NCBI GenBank assembly: GCA_043228905.1
Contig: JBHGNT010000001.1
Location: 18,724,001 to 18,788,000 of the forward strand
Length of the DNA stretch: 64,000 bases
Source: Azolla caroliniana
Taxonomy: Eukaryota > Plantae > Polypodiophyta
Direction: 5' to 3'
The notes under the pieces are model-generated. The model made no database searches. It saw nothing but the letters and a program-made list of their open reading frames with translations, and had not been told where the DNA came from. Below are positions 35,778 to 48,016 of the stretch, one piece after another. Numbering within the stretch: position 1 is the stretch's first letter; each line of letters opens with the position of its first letter. Made by a program: the position numbers and the translations under genes.

Positions 35778-36174
35778 AATAACGTAGGCGGAAGCTTGTA
35801 CACAAAACACAGTCGGCTCTGCCGGAGAGTACACAATATGTGAGAGAGATAGAGAGAGTAGACACAAAAAACAATTCAAAAGAATAACACCTTGTACATC
35901 AGAATGTGCTTAGTGAGCACTTTTATACAAGTCTCTAACATAGGTTGACTCGAGTATTGACAAGTACGTGAATGCTCATAAATGAGCATCTAACACTGAT
36001 TATACCTAATATTTCTATTACTAAGAATAAGAATAAAGGCCTCCAACGGCTTGTCGGCTCTCCCGACCGATCCAGTCGTTGGCTTCTTTAGCCGATCAAG
36101 TATTCGGCCTCCAACCAATCCAACTATCGGCTTCTTCAACCAGTCTGGCTTCATGTTGAGCTTGTCTCTCAACA
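35778..36174 (-). mobile_element. Lone A/B-group LTR (K), inverted and abutting the J LTR
   Basis: Ends TGTTGAGCTTGTCTCTCAACA at 36174; internal similarity to the A LTR; other terminus clipped. Confidence 0.8.
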
Positions 36175-37214
36175 TTATCAATAATTAAATATAGCTAAAG
36201 TGAAAAACGTTAACTAATTAGAACAAGAAGATCAATTAATAACTAAGAATAACTTAAACGAAAAATGTTAACCAATAGGAATGAGAAGATCAAGGGTTTG
36301 ATCCTCGTTACGACCTTTCAAGGGAATATGTGAGTTATGACGAGAAGGTTATGACAATGAGGTAGATATTGACATGTTGATAAATATTATGCTAGCACCA
36401 AGCACCCCGGTTAAGATTAGGATAGGTGCATGCTAAAATGAAAAGCACTAATGGATGTTAACAAAGGCACCACTATTTTTATTGAGCAAAGGAGCTCCAA
36501 AATGCTAAAATAGAGCAAGAGAGCTTATTACCTGGGATTGACATTTTGAGACAGATGCCCATGCTTTTTCAGGAACAGACTATTGTAGGATAGTGAATCA
36601 AGAGGGCATGTCGGAGGCCTATGATGACAAGAGGCGACATGGTTGTCGTTCATAGCCTCGCTACGCCCAAGCATGAGGATATCCTCTAGACACTTTTCTA
36701 ATCTGTTTGCTTTATTTCTCTTAATCCCTCATGCCTATGTAACATGGTGATCTTATTGTAAAAATGATTATATCTCAATCGCAAGGTTTTAGGTGTTATT
36801 GTGAAGGACATTTATTGTCAATAAACACAATGTATCTTAATGTCAAATTAAGGAAAACATTGTAAGTTGTCAAAAGTTTCCACTTTATGTATAAAATCCG
36901 TATAGTCAACAAAAATGAAGTTGTAACACTACTCCTTATGAGTTTCCAACAAGTAAGGATCGTAATAGAATTTCAAGCTCAAATATCTGAGCATGGAATG
37001 TGAAATTACGCGATAATCTACCTTACTTTTGGTGGGAGACTAATTCGGGATCTGCACATCAAAGTGTTTGGTATGTCAACATCTTGAATTCTCTATGGGG
37101 TTCATAGAATTTGTTAAATTGGTTCTGCAATTGAAGTTCCTCAAGAGAAGTTACAAAGAAAAGAGTTTGCTAAAGATGACAGTCAAGCCCGCACCATCGA
37201 ATCTCGAAAAACCC

Positions 37215-37585
37215 AATGTTTGGCCAACCGAGTGGCATATAAATGTATAATTGTGTATAATTGCATGTGTGCATGTGTATATGTATGAATGTATAAATCT
37301 ATATGTATTGATGTGCGCGTATGTGTATGCTTGTTCATGTATGTGTGTATATATATGTATGTTGATCCATGAATTTTCATGTGTATGTGAATTTCTATGT
37401 ATGCATATGTGTATGCTTGTTCATGTGTGTGTGTGTATCTATGTTGATGCATGAATTTGCATATGTGGATGTTAATTTCTATGTATGTGTATGTTTGGTT
37501 CTGTGTATGTTAATTTCTATGTATGGATACATATGTGTATGTCGTATGTGTATGTATGGTTCTTGAGTATGTGTATGTGTATGTC
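37215..37585. repeat. Degenerate TG/TA low-complexity repeat
   Basis: Runs of tgtg/tatg with recurring atgttgat..atgaattt. Confidence 0.8.
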
Positions 37586-38149
37586 TAGAGAACATTGGTC
37601 ATGATGCTATCACGATCAATCCGAAGCATGAAATCATTAGTCTAAGAAAGAGTTCCATTTACCCCCATGTTAGTAGAAGCACTTTTTCAAGTAGTAGTTT
37701 TTATTAATAGGATATATAGCCAATCACAAGATACGATATCTTGTCAAACTTTAAAGGCAATTCTATCACTCTATGAGTTCGGAGATACTAGCTCTTGGTA
37801 GTATTGTAGTAAGTTGGCTTTTCACAAATAATGTAGACATTAATAACCTACCTCCTCTTAAGTACGACCACGAGACTAATAAAACTTTAATCTCGCATGA
37901 GGTCGTTGCTGTGATGTGGGATGCCTGAAGGAGGAAAAAGGAAAATGTAGATGATCCAATAATGACTATAGTCTATCTACATTAAAAATTAAAGGTAAAT
38001 GGCTTAGTGGATAGAGGCATTAACTTCATACAATAGGTGTAGAGTTCCAATCTTTTTCTTTTATAAAAAGATACTTCCCATTAGTTAGGTAGAGTGTCTT
38101 TACACTTCAATATGTTCAACAAAAATGTCATCATACACATTCAACCACA

Positions 38150-39410
38150 TTAGCCTAGTATGCATTTATCATTTTGTAGTATGTAAAATTTCAAAAAAAT
38201 ACCATGTACCTTGTTGCCAAGGTGGAAATAACCATTTTGGCGTGGTGTAACACCACTTTGGCACGCCATCGACATAATCCACCAAGGGTGAATATCTAAC
38301 CATGATTGTTGAAAAGAAAGTCTTGTTGTAGCTTCCACCATGTCTAAAGTTCCTTCCAACTCTTCATATTGAGCTCGTATATTCCTAATTAAGTCATACC
38401 ATAGATCAGTGATTGTCTCCTTTGGTCGACTTTCTTCTCCCACGAGAGCTACTTTGCATCTAGATTTCCAAATGTTCCATAACGTGATAGAGGCTATGGT
38501 GAGCCAAATGTCACTCAGCCTATTCGAACACTAAATTTGCAATTCACTACTTGGTTGTACATTCTTTGCACACAAAACGCCTTCAGCTTACCTAGGTCTC
38601 CTAATATCCAAGCTTTCTTCTCCAATCTCCACCATAGTGCAAATCCCAAAGATATGGAGCCTTCCAACCCTGCACTTCATCAGTATTCTCATTAGAGTTC
38701 CAATCTTTGTTAGCACGACATGTATTAAGGAATATTTTTTATTCTCTTTTGTATTGTGGTGTGCATGTGTTCCTTTGTGCCACCTTTTAGCACACCCTTT
38801 TTAGCATGCATGTAGCTAAGCCAACCTAAATGGGTACCTTTGTATTAACTATAAATTGAGCAAGATGTAAGAAGCTAAGTAGGTTGCTTTTGATCTCTTA
38901 TGTGCATTTCAAAGTATTTTTGAAGAAAATAGGGAATATTTGCATTTAACCCATTTCACTCTTCTTTGAGCATTTTATTCTTAGGTTTTTGGCATTTTTG
39001 TTGGCTTGAGGAGAAGGTTTCAATGTTCGTCTTTTGGGGATTTTGGAGCTTGACATTAGGATTTCGCATGAAGGTATGTCACTTTCTTCACTTCATCTTT
39101 GCTACCTCCTCTTCCACAAAGGAGGTCGTCACAATTTTTATCATCACTGAGCTCATTATGTGTGGACGACTTCGTGAAAAGATTAAGCTCGATCGCTTAC
39201 CAATCATTAGAAGGGAGCACGGAGTGGCCCAAGGACACTACTCACAAAAGTCCAATGAATCACAAGAACATTTCAAGGGGTGCTGCCAATATGAGGAGCC
39301 ACGTCCTAGGACTAGGCAAAGAGGAATGTCGACAAAAGTCTTCTGGTACCTATACCAAATGAGTATGTTGGTTCCTATCACCCACGTTAATTGGTTATGG
39401 TAGTAGAACC
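38150..39410 (-). mobile_element. Degraded LINE (L1-like) 3' region
   Basis: Minus translation WLTIASITLWNIWKSRC...ETITDLWYDLI resembles plant L1 ORF2 C-termini and the 53254-53695 segment; interrupted near 38708-39095. Confidence 0.6.
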
Positions 39411-40579
39411 AACTCTATGAATTCTTTAAGGTCCTCGAATAAATACCCGGAGCCAATGTAAATAACTCAAGAGTCAAATGAGGGGTATTTTCGTAAATTT
39501 CAAGAGGGTTAGAAAATCACGTACAGAGTTAACGTCGGTCTGTATTTGCACAATTGCAGAGGAACACCCTCTTTTTAATCAAAACAGAAAAACGAGGACT
39601 AATTGATGTGGTAAATTTATTCCGAAATATCTGGTTATTATTTAAAAAAGTAAATATTGGAGATCATTTTGAAAGGAGAGGATCTTCCGGTTGTTGTTCA
39701 ACTAAATCGTTTACCGTCTCAAAAAAACGAAAGAGCATTCAATTTTTTAAAAACTAGAAATTAAGACCCAAACGAAAACCATAAAATAAAACCTGAAAAT
39801 CCAAAACTATGTAGTTGATAAAGAATGAGGATAGCGTGCTTTCTCTCTTTTTAAAACCTTACGGTGCTAGCACCTCAAATCACACACATATCCCACCTTC
39901 ATGAATCTCATGAGTTGCTAAAGTAGCTGCTACTCCGCTTCCTTCTACTTGGCTGCAGGCCTTCTCTTTCTTATTAAGGAATGTTCAATATTTTTGACTT
40001 GGAACTCACCCAACTCTTATAAACTTTTATTCATATTATTAGCTCATAGATAATAATTTATCAACACGGGATAACCACGATATGATCGTCCAATAGAAAA
40101 TGAAGCAAACGCTGCAGGTATAATAATGCCACGAATATCATCAACATTACATTGACGACGTTGCCATGGTGAATTAACCGGCAAGAAGAAAAAGATATGA
40201 GCGATGAACACTGTAGTTAATTACTCCACACTTATGAAACATGTCGATTGCCTTGATCGAACCAAAATGGTCATCAAACAGTGCATAAGAAAAAAAACAA
40301 GAACGATATGATGATGGCACAAAGATAACAGAGCGTTGGACAAACACATTAAACTCGTATTAATTAGTCTCTTAATTAAAACCATGGATAACAAGCTACG
40401 AACAGATTAATCAGCTCGGAACCCATGATTGAGCAATAAGAGGAAGAGATTATAAGGATATGAAAAAATTGACCATATGTATTAATCCGCGGTACTTACA
40501 TTCTCAAACAATCAAAGAAAGGGACTAATGTAATGATTCAGCAAGAAAACGGCGATGACCTTCACAAAGGTGGCAATGA

Positions 40580-41866
40580 CTATTTTGAATTGCACACAAG
40601 AAAATTATCTAGGGAAGGCTCAAGAGCGTACACATCTTTGATACATGCGTGAAGGTCTGAAAGAACTTGACTCTGGGGAAGCCATCTCCATGCTTGAGAC
40701 GAAGCATCGTAGACAATACACCCTTCGCTACTGTTCAGATAAACCATGTCCTTAGCCGCTACACAAGAAAAACCTTCGAAGCAACCAGACTTGAGAATCT
40801 TCGAAAACATATCAACAGGTACACTCGCAATCTCGATCCAAGCTTTTACTGTGTCATCAAGTTTCCACATCTTGAAAGCTACGAATTTCCTCTCGGAGTC
40901 AGTCTCTAAACTGTTCTCAGATGAATCATTTCTTTCTTCCCGGTCATTTTGATTATCTTCCCTCTCTTCTCCTTCTTCCTCGTTAGTCCATGTTCTTTCT
41001 CCTTTGTTCTTTTTTCTTTCCCCTTCATCGGATACTGCTGCTAAAAGAATGATAGAACCTGCGCTGTCAACTAGACATGGAAAGAGAAGATTTAAAGGAA
41101 AAGAAACTTCATGCTCGCGCCAACATAGAGAAACTGTGTTGAAAACCATCAGTTTGAACGGGAAGCTTGTGATAACCATCAAATCTGATCCGTGGAAAAT
41201 ACCATTACTCTCAAAGAAGAGAATGTCTCTGTTCTTCCTGCAAACATTCCATTGATTTTTCACGGAATCGTAAACACACGTTTCTTGTTTGCAACCATTT
41301 GCATTTCCGACACAAACAAGTTCGAATTTATTCCTGCCTTCTTCTTTGAATGTTCTTAAGTTGGTAGAAACGATGTTCCACAGTGCTTTTTCATTAGATC
41401 CTGAAGAAAACATAGCTATCTTCCGTTTGGATTTGGTCACCGGATTACAGACAAGAAATGATCCTTCGCCATCACTGAGGCAGAGAAGACCTCTTGAAGC
41501 AGAGACCACAGAAAAGTCAGTTTCTTCTTCTCTGAGAAAATCTAGAGAAGGACGATGCCATGTTTCTTGCGATGGATTGAACACTAGAAGAGGAAACTCG
41601 TGGTTCCATGTGGAGAGAAGAAGGAAAGAGATGTCTTTGTCAGAATTCTTTTGAGCTGATTGTATCGACCTAGCAGAATCTCCATTTCCACAGCCATTTA
41701 CGTCGTTGCATTGTAGAAGAAACTCAGGTGAGAGAATGTACGAATTCCATGATTTGCAAACGCATCGGAAGCGCAAGAGAGAAGAAACGGGAAGAAGAGG
41801 AAGCAATCTCTCGAGAAGGACATCTGGGAGGTTACACCAAACACGTTTTTTCATACAAGGAGCCAT
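40580..41866 (-). CDS. F-box protein with a C-terminal kelch/FBA-type beta-propeller region (428 aa, intronless)
   Basis: WCNLPDVLLERLLPLLPVSSLLRFRCVCKSWN F-box; VFNP..W, SASRGLLC, VCNPVTK, VYDS..W repeats; uninterrupted ATG to stop. Confidence 0.92.
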   Translation of the reverse strand: MAPCMKKRVWCNLPDVLLERLLPLLPVSSLLRFRCVCKSWNSYILSPEFLLQCNDVNGCGNGDSARSIQSAQKNSDKDISFLLLSTWNHEFPLLVFNPSQETWHRPSLDFLREEETDFSVVSASRGLLCLSDGEGSFLVCNPVTKSKRKIAMFSSGSNEKALWNIVSTNLRTFKEEGRNKFELVCVGNANGCKQETCVYDSVKNQWNVCRKNRDILFFESNGIFHGSDLMVITSFPFKLMVFNTVSLCWREHEVSFPLNLLFPCLVDSAGSIILLAAVSDEGERKKNKGERTWTNEEEGEEREDNQNDREERNDSSENSLETDSERKFVAFKMWKLDDTVKAWIEIASVPVDMFSKILKSGCFEGFSCVAAKDMVYLNSSEGCIVYDASSQAWRWLPQSQVLSDLHACIKDVYALEPSLDNFLVCNSK

Positions 41867-42036
41867 TGAAAGTTTGTAGGAGGTAGCAGATAAGAGAGGG
41901 AACTGGAATCGTGAAACCGTTCAGAGAGAGCTGAGCTGAGCTGAGTTGAGACAGACAAACAGGAAGAAGCAGAAGCAGTACGTGTACTTGCCGCTGAGAG
42001 AATATGAAGAAACAGTTGATAAAATCCTGCAGAAGT

Positions 42037-42069
42037 GAAGAAGAAGAAGAAGAAGAAGAAGAAGAAGAA
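42037..42069. repeat. (GAA)11 microsatellite in the presumed 5' UTR of the F-box gene
   Basis: Pure GAA run, pyrimidine-rich on the sense strand. Confidence 0.85.
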
Positions 42070-42151
42070 GAGGCCGTTGATAAGCGTCTGAGTGAGGAGA
42101 GGAGGAGGAAGTGTTGTTTATGGGGATGGGAGTCGAGTCGTGCGTGAAGCC

Positions 42152-42164
42152 TATTTATTATATA
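42152..42164 (-). promoter_or_regulatory. Candidate TATA box of the F-box gene
   Basis: Minus-strand TATATAATAAATA about 290 bp upstream of the ATG, just before a CT-rich leader. Confidence 0.55.
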
Positions 42165-42174
42165 CGGATTATTC

Positions 42175-42428
42175 GATGGATGGATGGATGGATGGGATGG
42201 ATGTTATTAGTGAGCTGAGTGTGTGTGTGTGTGTGTGTGTGCATACAATACATACATATATATAAATACAATAGATAGAGATAGAGAAACACATTATGTA
42301 CATAGTAAAAAAAAAGGAGAGAAGGTTTCCCGCTATATTTAGCACGTGCTTGCTCCCGCGAAAATTTTAAATATAAAAAGAAGTAATGCATCCCATACAC
42401 TATGCGTCGTCCATGTGTGTGTCCTATA

Positions 42429-42464
<36 letters not shown>

Positions 42465-42990
42465 TATATATAATGTCCATACATCCATTTTGTGTGTGTG
42501 TGTATGCTCTTGTTTTCTGGTACATAGTTTGAGGAGTGTAACAAAAATGAATATGTGTTGTGCTGTCAGTCTATCACGCATGCATATGTATTTCGCTGGC
42601 ATGTGCTTGCTTGCTTCTATTCTATTCTATTCTATTCACTGTTCAGTGAGAGTGCGAGTGAGACTGAGCGTGAGAGTGCATGTGTGTCACGTATGTGTGC
42701 ATGTATGCATGCATGTACATATGTGAAACGGATTATGATGTGATATAGAGGGGATTGGTTTCATACGTGTTAACAGGAGGCGTTCCTATGGGGAGAGGGA
42801 GAGGGAGGGGGTGGGGGGAGTTTCTTTTGGCTCTCTCACAACACACACACACACACACACACAATGAGAATGAGAATGAGAATGAGAATGAGATGAGTCG
42901 GGTAAGGTAGGGTAGGGTCGGGTTGGGTTGGATGGCACGCGTGTTTATCTCTCACACACACATACACACTCTCTCCCTCTCCCTCTCTTC
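42175..42990. repeat. Compound microsatellite cluster upstream of the F-box gene
   Basis: (ATGG)n, (GT)n, (CATA)n, (TA)n, (TTCTA)n, (CA)n, (AATGAG)n, (GGGTN)n. Confidence 0.85.
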
Positions 42991-44382
42991 AGGATTTAGT
43001 GGCGAGGATTCCTATCGACTTAAAACAAGGAAAAGGGGGGCGGGGCGTATGTATGTATAATAAAAGGCAACGGCAAGGTTAAGTCTCTAGAGTTGTAATT
43101 AGAGAGAGGAGTGGTGAGGTTTGAAACAATATTGTTGTGCCATGGAGGGAGGGGTATTTATTATGTTTGTGACTCTCGTCTTTCTTTGTCACTAAGCGTG
43201 ACCTTAAACCCATATGTGGCCTAAAGATTTTGCCCTTTCGTCATCACCCCATAAGAGAGAAGAAGGGTGGCTTATTAACTACTCCATCTACCACATTCGA
43301 CAATTCATGAAACAAGGCACCATCTTCTTGCCAAAGTAGCACATGTAATATTATCTCGTAAAGGTTGGCCATGTGCATTTCGGTAAATTATGAACAAACA
43401 CCAGGTGTAAGTTTCCCTATTGTGTGCATAACCAACAATCAAATATCTTTGGACCCTTGGAGTTTCTAATTCGGGTTCAATGAGGGAATTTTGGGTAAAT
43501 AATGAGCACTTATAGTTTTGGGAATGTAAAGAAGAAAACTTTAGTGATATTTTTGAGTTTCTTCCTATTGTATGCCCAATGATGAAAGAACTTTGATGTT
43601 TATTATGATAATCCAATCTCTTGATTATTCACTTCACCCTTGTGCAATATGCCCACTACATGATAAAAATGCTTGAAGTGATCAATTGACGAGATTCAAA
43701 ATTCATGGTGAGTATGTTAATTTTATTTGGTGGAAAACACATACATACACTAACATCTATAACAAAATTCGCGAATGTCCCAATGAATCAAAGTAAATGG
43801 TGATTGGAAGCAAGTTAGGAGCACATACATTAAGTATCCCATTGTTGACATTAAAAAGTGTCCTACCAGTAATAATCTCCACATCATCCAAAATCAAATC
43901 CTTTATTGCAATACCCACACTCGCCCGCATATGATTATTGCAATCATCAAGGACCAAAGCATATCATACCTAGACAACATTAATTTTCCAACAAGTAGAT
44001 TTGCCATTGCAATATGCCATTTAATCGTTCATTGCTTCTCAAAACTCTCTTTTAGTGTTATTGTTTCATCGTTAAGCAAGGATCTTTACACGCAAAACAA
44101 CAATTATATGTGTTGTTTGGGCAATTATAGCATTGATGGATTCATACCCCTTGGCTCCCTTAATGTAATTGCCATTTGATAAATTATATGGTTGATTCCT
44201 GTAAGAAGTTGATAAGTTGAATTGAGTCTAGTCGCTTAATAGAATATCTGTTTGCTATACTCTATGTCTATCTCGTAGAGTGTTTGATCTTTTACTGCGT
44301 ACCATAAGTAACCAATCAGTTATAGGCAGGACAACAGTCCACCAAGGGGGGTGTTTGAAGATCTAGACAATGACACTATGTC

Positions 44383-45075
44383 TTACCCTTACCCTAGGTA
44401 CAATGACAAAGTTGACGCCAAGGCGCATATACACGCTTTCCTAACGATGTGGTAGGCCAACCACGTCTCACAACAATTAGTCGAGGCCGATGTGAATGCG
44501 TCGAAGATCGCCGAGTTCAATTTGTGTCTGGAAGGACAAGCGACAAACTAGCATTCACAACACAAGTTGGTAGAGTTTTGGGACTTCTAGCAATTGAAAG
44601 AAAAATTCATCCATCGACAAATTCCACAACACAAACTAATGAGCTAATTATACGCAGTATATCAAGAATCATAGGAGATTGTCTCACAATTGGTCATTCA
44701 GTTCCAAAATATGAGGTGGCAGTAGTTGTGCCCACCCCTAGTGGAGGAGCTAAAGAAACGTTTTTGTCGGCCCTTCCGAAGCCGCTTCGAACGACCTTAG
44801 CGGCCGTCGATTTTGCAGAAAAATCAGGATGAGAGGGTACTAATCATGGGCAATGCACCAATTCTATGCGGTATATCAAGAAGCATAGGAGACGATCCCG
44901 CAATTGATCATTCGGTTCCAAAATCTGAGGTGGCAGTTGCCGTGCCCACCCCTAGTGGAGCTAAAAGAAATGTTTTTGTCCACCCTTTCGGAGCCGCTTC
45001 GAACGACCTTGGCAGTCGTCGATTGCATAGAAAAATTAGGACAGAGGGTACTAATCATGGACAATGCACCAATTC
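44383..45075 (+). mobile_element. Degraded Gypsy-type gag relic with an old 214-bp tandem duplication
   Basis: YPRYNDKVDAKAHIHAFLTMW...LEGQA; GTATATCAAG at 44657 and 44871. Confidence 0.55.
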
Positions 45076-45169
45076 TAGTGAAAGTAGAGGAAAACTAAGG
45101 CGTTTGACGATTTACACTAACACAATAAAGAAAAGCTATTCGACGTCGGTAAGCCGGACTTAGTGTTTC

Positions 45170-48016
45170 TGTTGAGAGTCGAACTCAACTTCCCATAGAG
45201 ATAGGTTTCACACTAGTTCATGGAGATACTGGGCTAGTTTTGTAAATAGTTGAAAGGGCATTTGCCCTAGCCTAGTTGGTACTTAAACCAATGTTTTTGT
45301 AACTTAGTCATTGTTGGATGTAATATATAGTTTATTGTTATAGTTCTGTTTGTTTGTCTGTCTCTCTCTCATTCTCTCTCTTGTCTCACGTGCACATACA
45401 CACACACACATAGTCCTTCCGATGTACAAAATCACTCTTGATTCTTAACATGGAATTAGAGCGTGTGGTAGCTTGATCCAAGCCCATCCATCGCCTTCAT
45501 GTGTGTCGTGCTCAAGCTAACAGAGAACCAACTGATCACTGCAGCAACGATTTCTGCACAACTCACATCAAGAGTAGAATAAATTCAACAATGAATACCC
45601 AGATGGGAAGCACTCTTCCTATCGAGAAGCTTGATAGAACAAACTTCGCATCTTGGGAGTACAAATGTATCAGTACCTTGTCAGACAAGGTTACTAGAGC
45701 TACATCGAGGGAGCTCACGAAACGCAACCCAACCTGACACACGTTGGCTACCTAGCGTGGGAGCAGGTTGCGAGCCGTGTGTTGTACTGCCTTGCGTCAT
45801 GCGTTCATGACCACATGCTAGGCTATATTCGAGATTCGAAAACATCGAAAGAAGCTTGGGGAAATCTCAAGAAGATTTTTGCGGCCAATACGGCTGCACA
45901 AAAGCTCCAACTTTGACAGGAGCTAAACAACATGCAATAGAGGGACATGTCGATCACCGGCTATACCTTGAAGATCAAGGAGTTGTGCGATGCCCTCGGT
46001 TCGTTTAATGTCATAATCGATGATGATGAAATGATGTAAATATGCCTCGGAGGCTTGGCACCTCGATTCGGCACGATCAGATCAGCTATTCTTGCGAGGG
46101 AGAACCCTCCTTCCTTTTTTGACCTTCAATTGATTTTGTTGATTGAAGAAAATCATGTTCGACAAAGGAACAATGCGCCTGATGATCAGATGCTCTACTC
46201 ACAACCGGATGATAGAAGAGGATTCGGCCGTGGAAACAGAGGTCGGCTTGGACAAGGCCGACACAATCAACCGACACAAGAGCATACCTTCCATCAATGG
46301 CAAGAGGACAGAAACAATCCTAGAGAGTTCGGCGAAAGGGGGAGCCACCCCGTTGAACCAAGCAATCGTAACAACCCAATTGAATGCGGGCATTGTGGAA
46401 AACACGACCATTATGAAGAGGAGTGCCAAAAAAAGGTACGAGACTTGGCTTCAACAAGCCGACAACCCACGAACTACGCTTCGAATTCCGACTACGACGA
46501 TCGTGGCGGGATGTTTGTAATGAGGCATGAAGCACATTCGATGACGACACAGGCCTCAACTAGCACCTCTTCTTTAGATAGCATATGGGTTTGTTGACTC
46601 GGGAGCATCCAATCACATGACGTCCCATGAAGATTGGTTCCGAGAATTACGAAAGCCTGATCGACCCGGGTATGTCGAAACCGGTGATGATACGACTCAC
46701 CCAATTTAGCATGTTGGAAATGTTCCATTCGGAAATGACGGTAAACAAACCTACCTCAAGAACGTATTGCATGTCCCAACCATCATGAAAAACCTGGTCT
46801 GGGTCGGCCAAATCGTCGAACAAGGTATGCAAGTACGATTCAATAATGAAGGGTGCTTCATCGAAAAGGACGATCAAATCATAATGCATGGTCGTCGAGA
46901 AGGCAGAATGTTCATCCTCGAATCAGAAGAGGTGAAATAGGCTATGTTCGTGAAAGGTCTTAAAGTCGAAACTGACTTGAAACTATGGCACAAGAGAATC
47001 AACCACATCAATCTTCAAAAGCTCTAGAACATGCAGTCAAAAGGAGTCGTAATCGGACTTTCGACATTTATTGAGAAGGAGATTACGGGCATATGCGAGG
47101 CATGCTAGTTCGGAAAACAACGCCGACATCCATTTCCAAAAGAGAGGAATGTGATCAAAGGGATCCTGGATGTAGTACATTCAGATGTGTGGGAACCATC
47201 CCCCACAGCAAGATTCGGTGGTTGCCGATATTATGTCACATTCATCGATGACTTCTCTAGGCATACTTGGCTCTACCCGATGAAACAGAAGAGCGAAGTG
47301 TTCAACCATTTCCAAAGGTTAAAAAACAAAGTCGAAAACGCCACGGATCAACATGTACGATGCCTTCGATCGGATGGAGGCAAAGAATATTTTTCGGACG
47401 AGTTTACGACACATCTCCAAAAGGAAAGAATACGACGAGAATTTTCGTGTCGCCATACACCTCAGCAAAATGGTGTAGCCGAACGGAAGAATTGGCACAT
47501 CATAGAGGTTGCACGGGCAATGATGAATGAGAAGAACCTGCCGAAATCGTACTGGGCAGAAGCGGTGAACACGACCGTATATCTTATGAATAGATGTACA
47601 ACCTTTGGGGTACACGACGTAACCCCTCATGAGAAGTTTTTTGGAAAGCAGCCGGATTTATCACATGTCCGGATTTTCAGCTCAATCGCCTACGTGCATA
47701 TTCCCAACGAAACGCGACAAAAGCTTGACCCGAAGTCGGTGAAATGTATCCTCATAGGATACTCGCTCGAAAATGCTCGAGAAAGTCAAGATGTCGTTTT
47801 CGACAAGTCCACATCATGGTACCCACCAGAAACAACTTCGACTCTGACTCCGCTCGACCTGGAATCCGCTGAAATGGAGATAGAAGACGAAGATCGGCTC
47901 ACGCGCATGTTCGAAGAAAGCCCGATTATGACATGGATTAGTGGACCACAGGAGCCCCTGAGTGACCAAAGCACATTTCGGCTGAGTCCGAAACTTAACA
48001 AAGGGAAGGCCAAGAT
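45170..48016 (+). mobile_element. Copia G, 5' part (relative of D/E); interrupted by H, remainder outside the window
   Basis: LTR 45170-45450; degenerate PBS TGGAATTAGAGC; gag MNTQMGSTLPIEKLDR at 45591; integrase 47151-48016. Confidence 0.9.

Noticed and set aside
38708-39095. Possible solo LTR (TG...CA, TCTT on both sides) inside the LINE relic
   Set aside because: Ends ambiguous and no second copy in the window; not counted in the RCGY group because its termini differ
40580-41866. Assigning UFO or another named F-box symbol
   Set aside because: No diagnostic match that I recognise; needs phylogeny
42158-42743. ORFs upstream of the F-box gene
   Set aside because: Translations of microsatellites
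43305-44200. Possible retroelement relic
   Set aside because: Too degraded; no motif could be read with confidence
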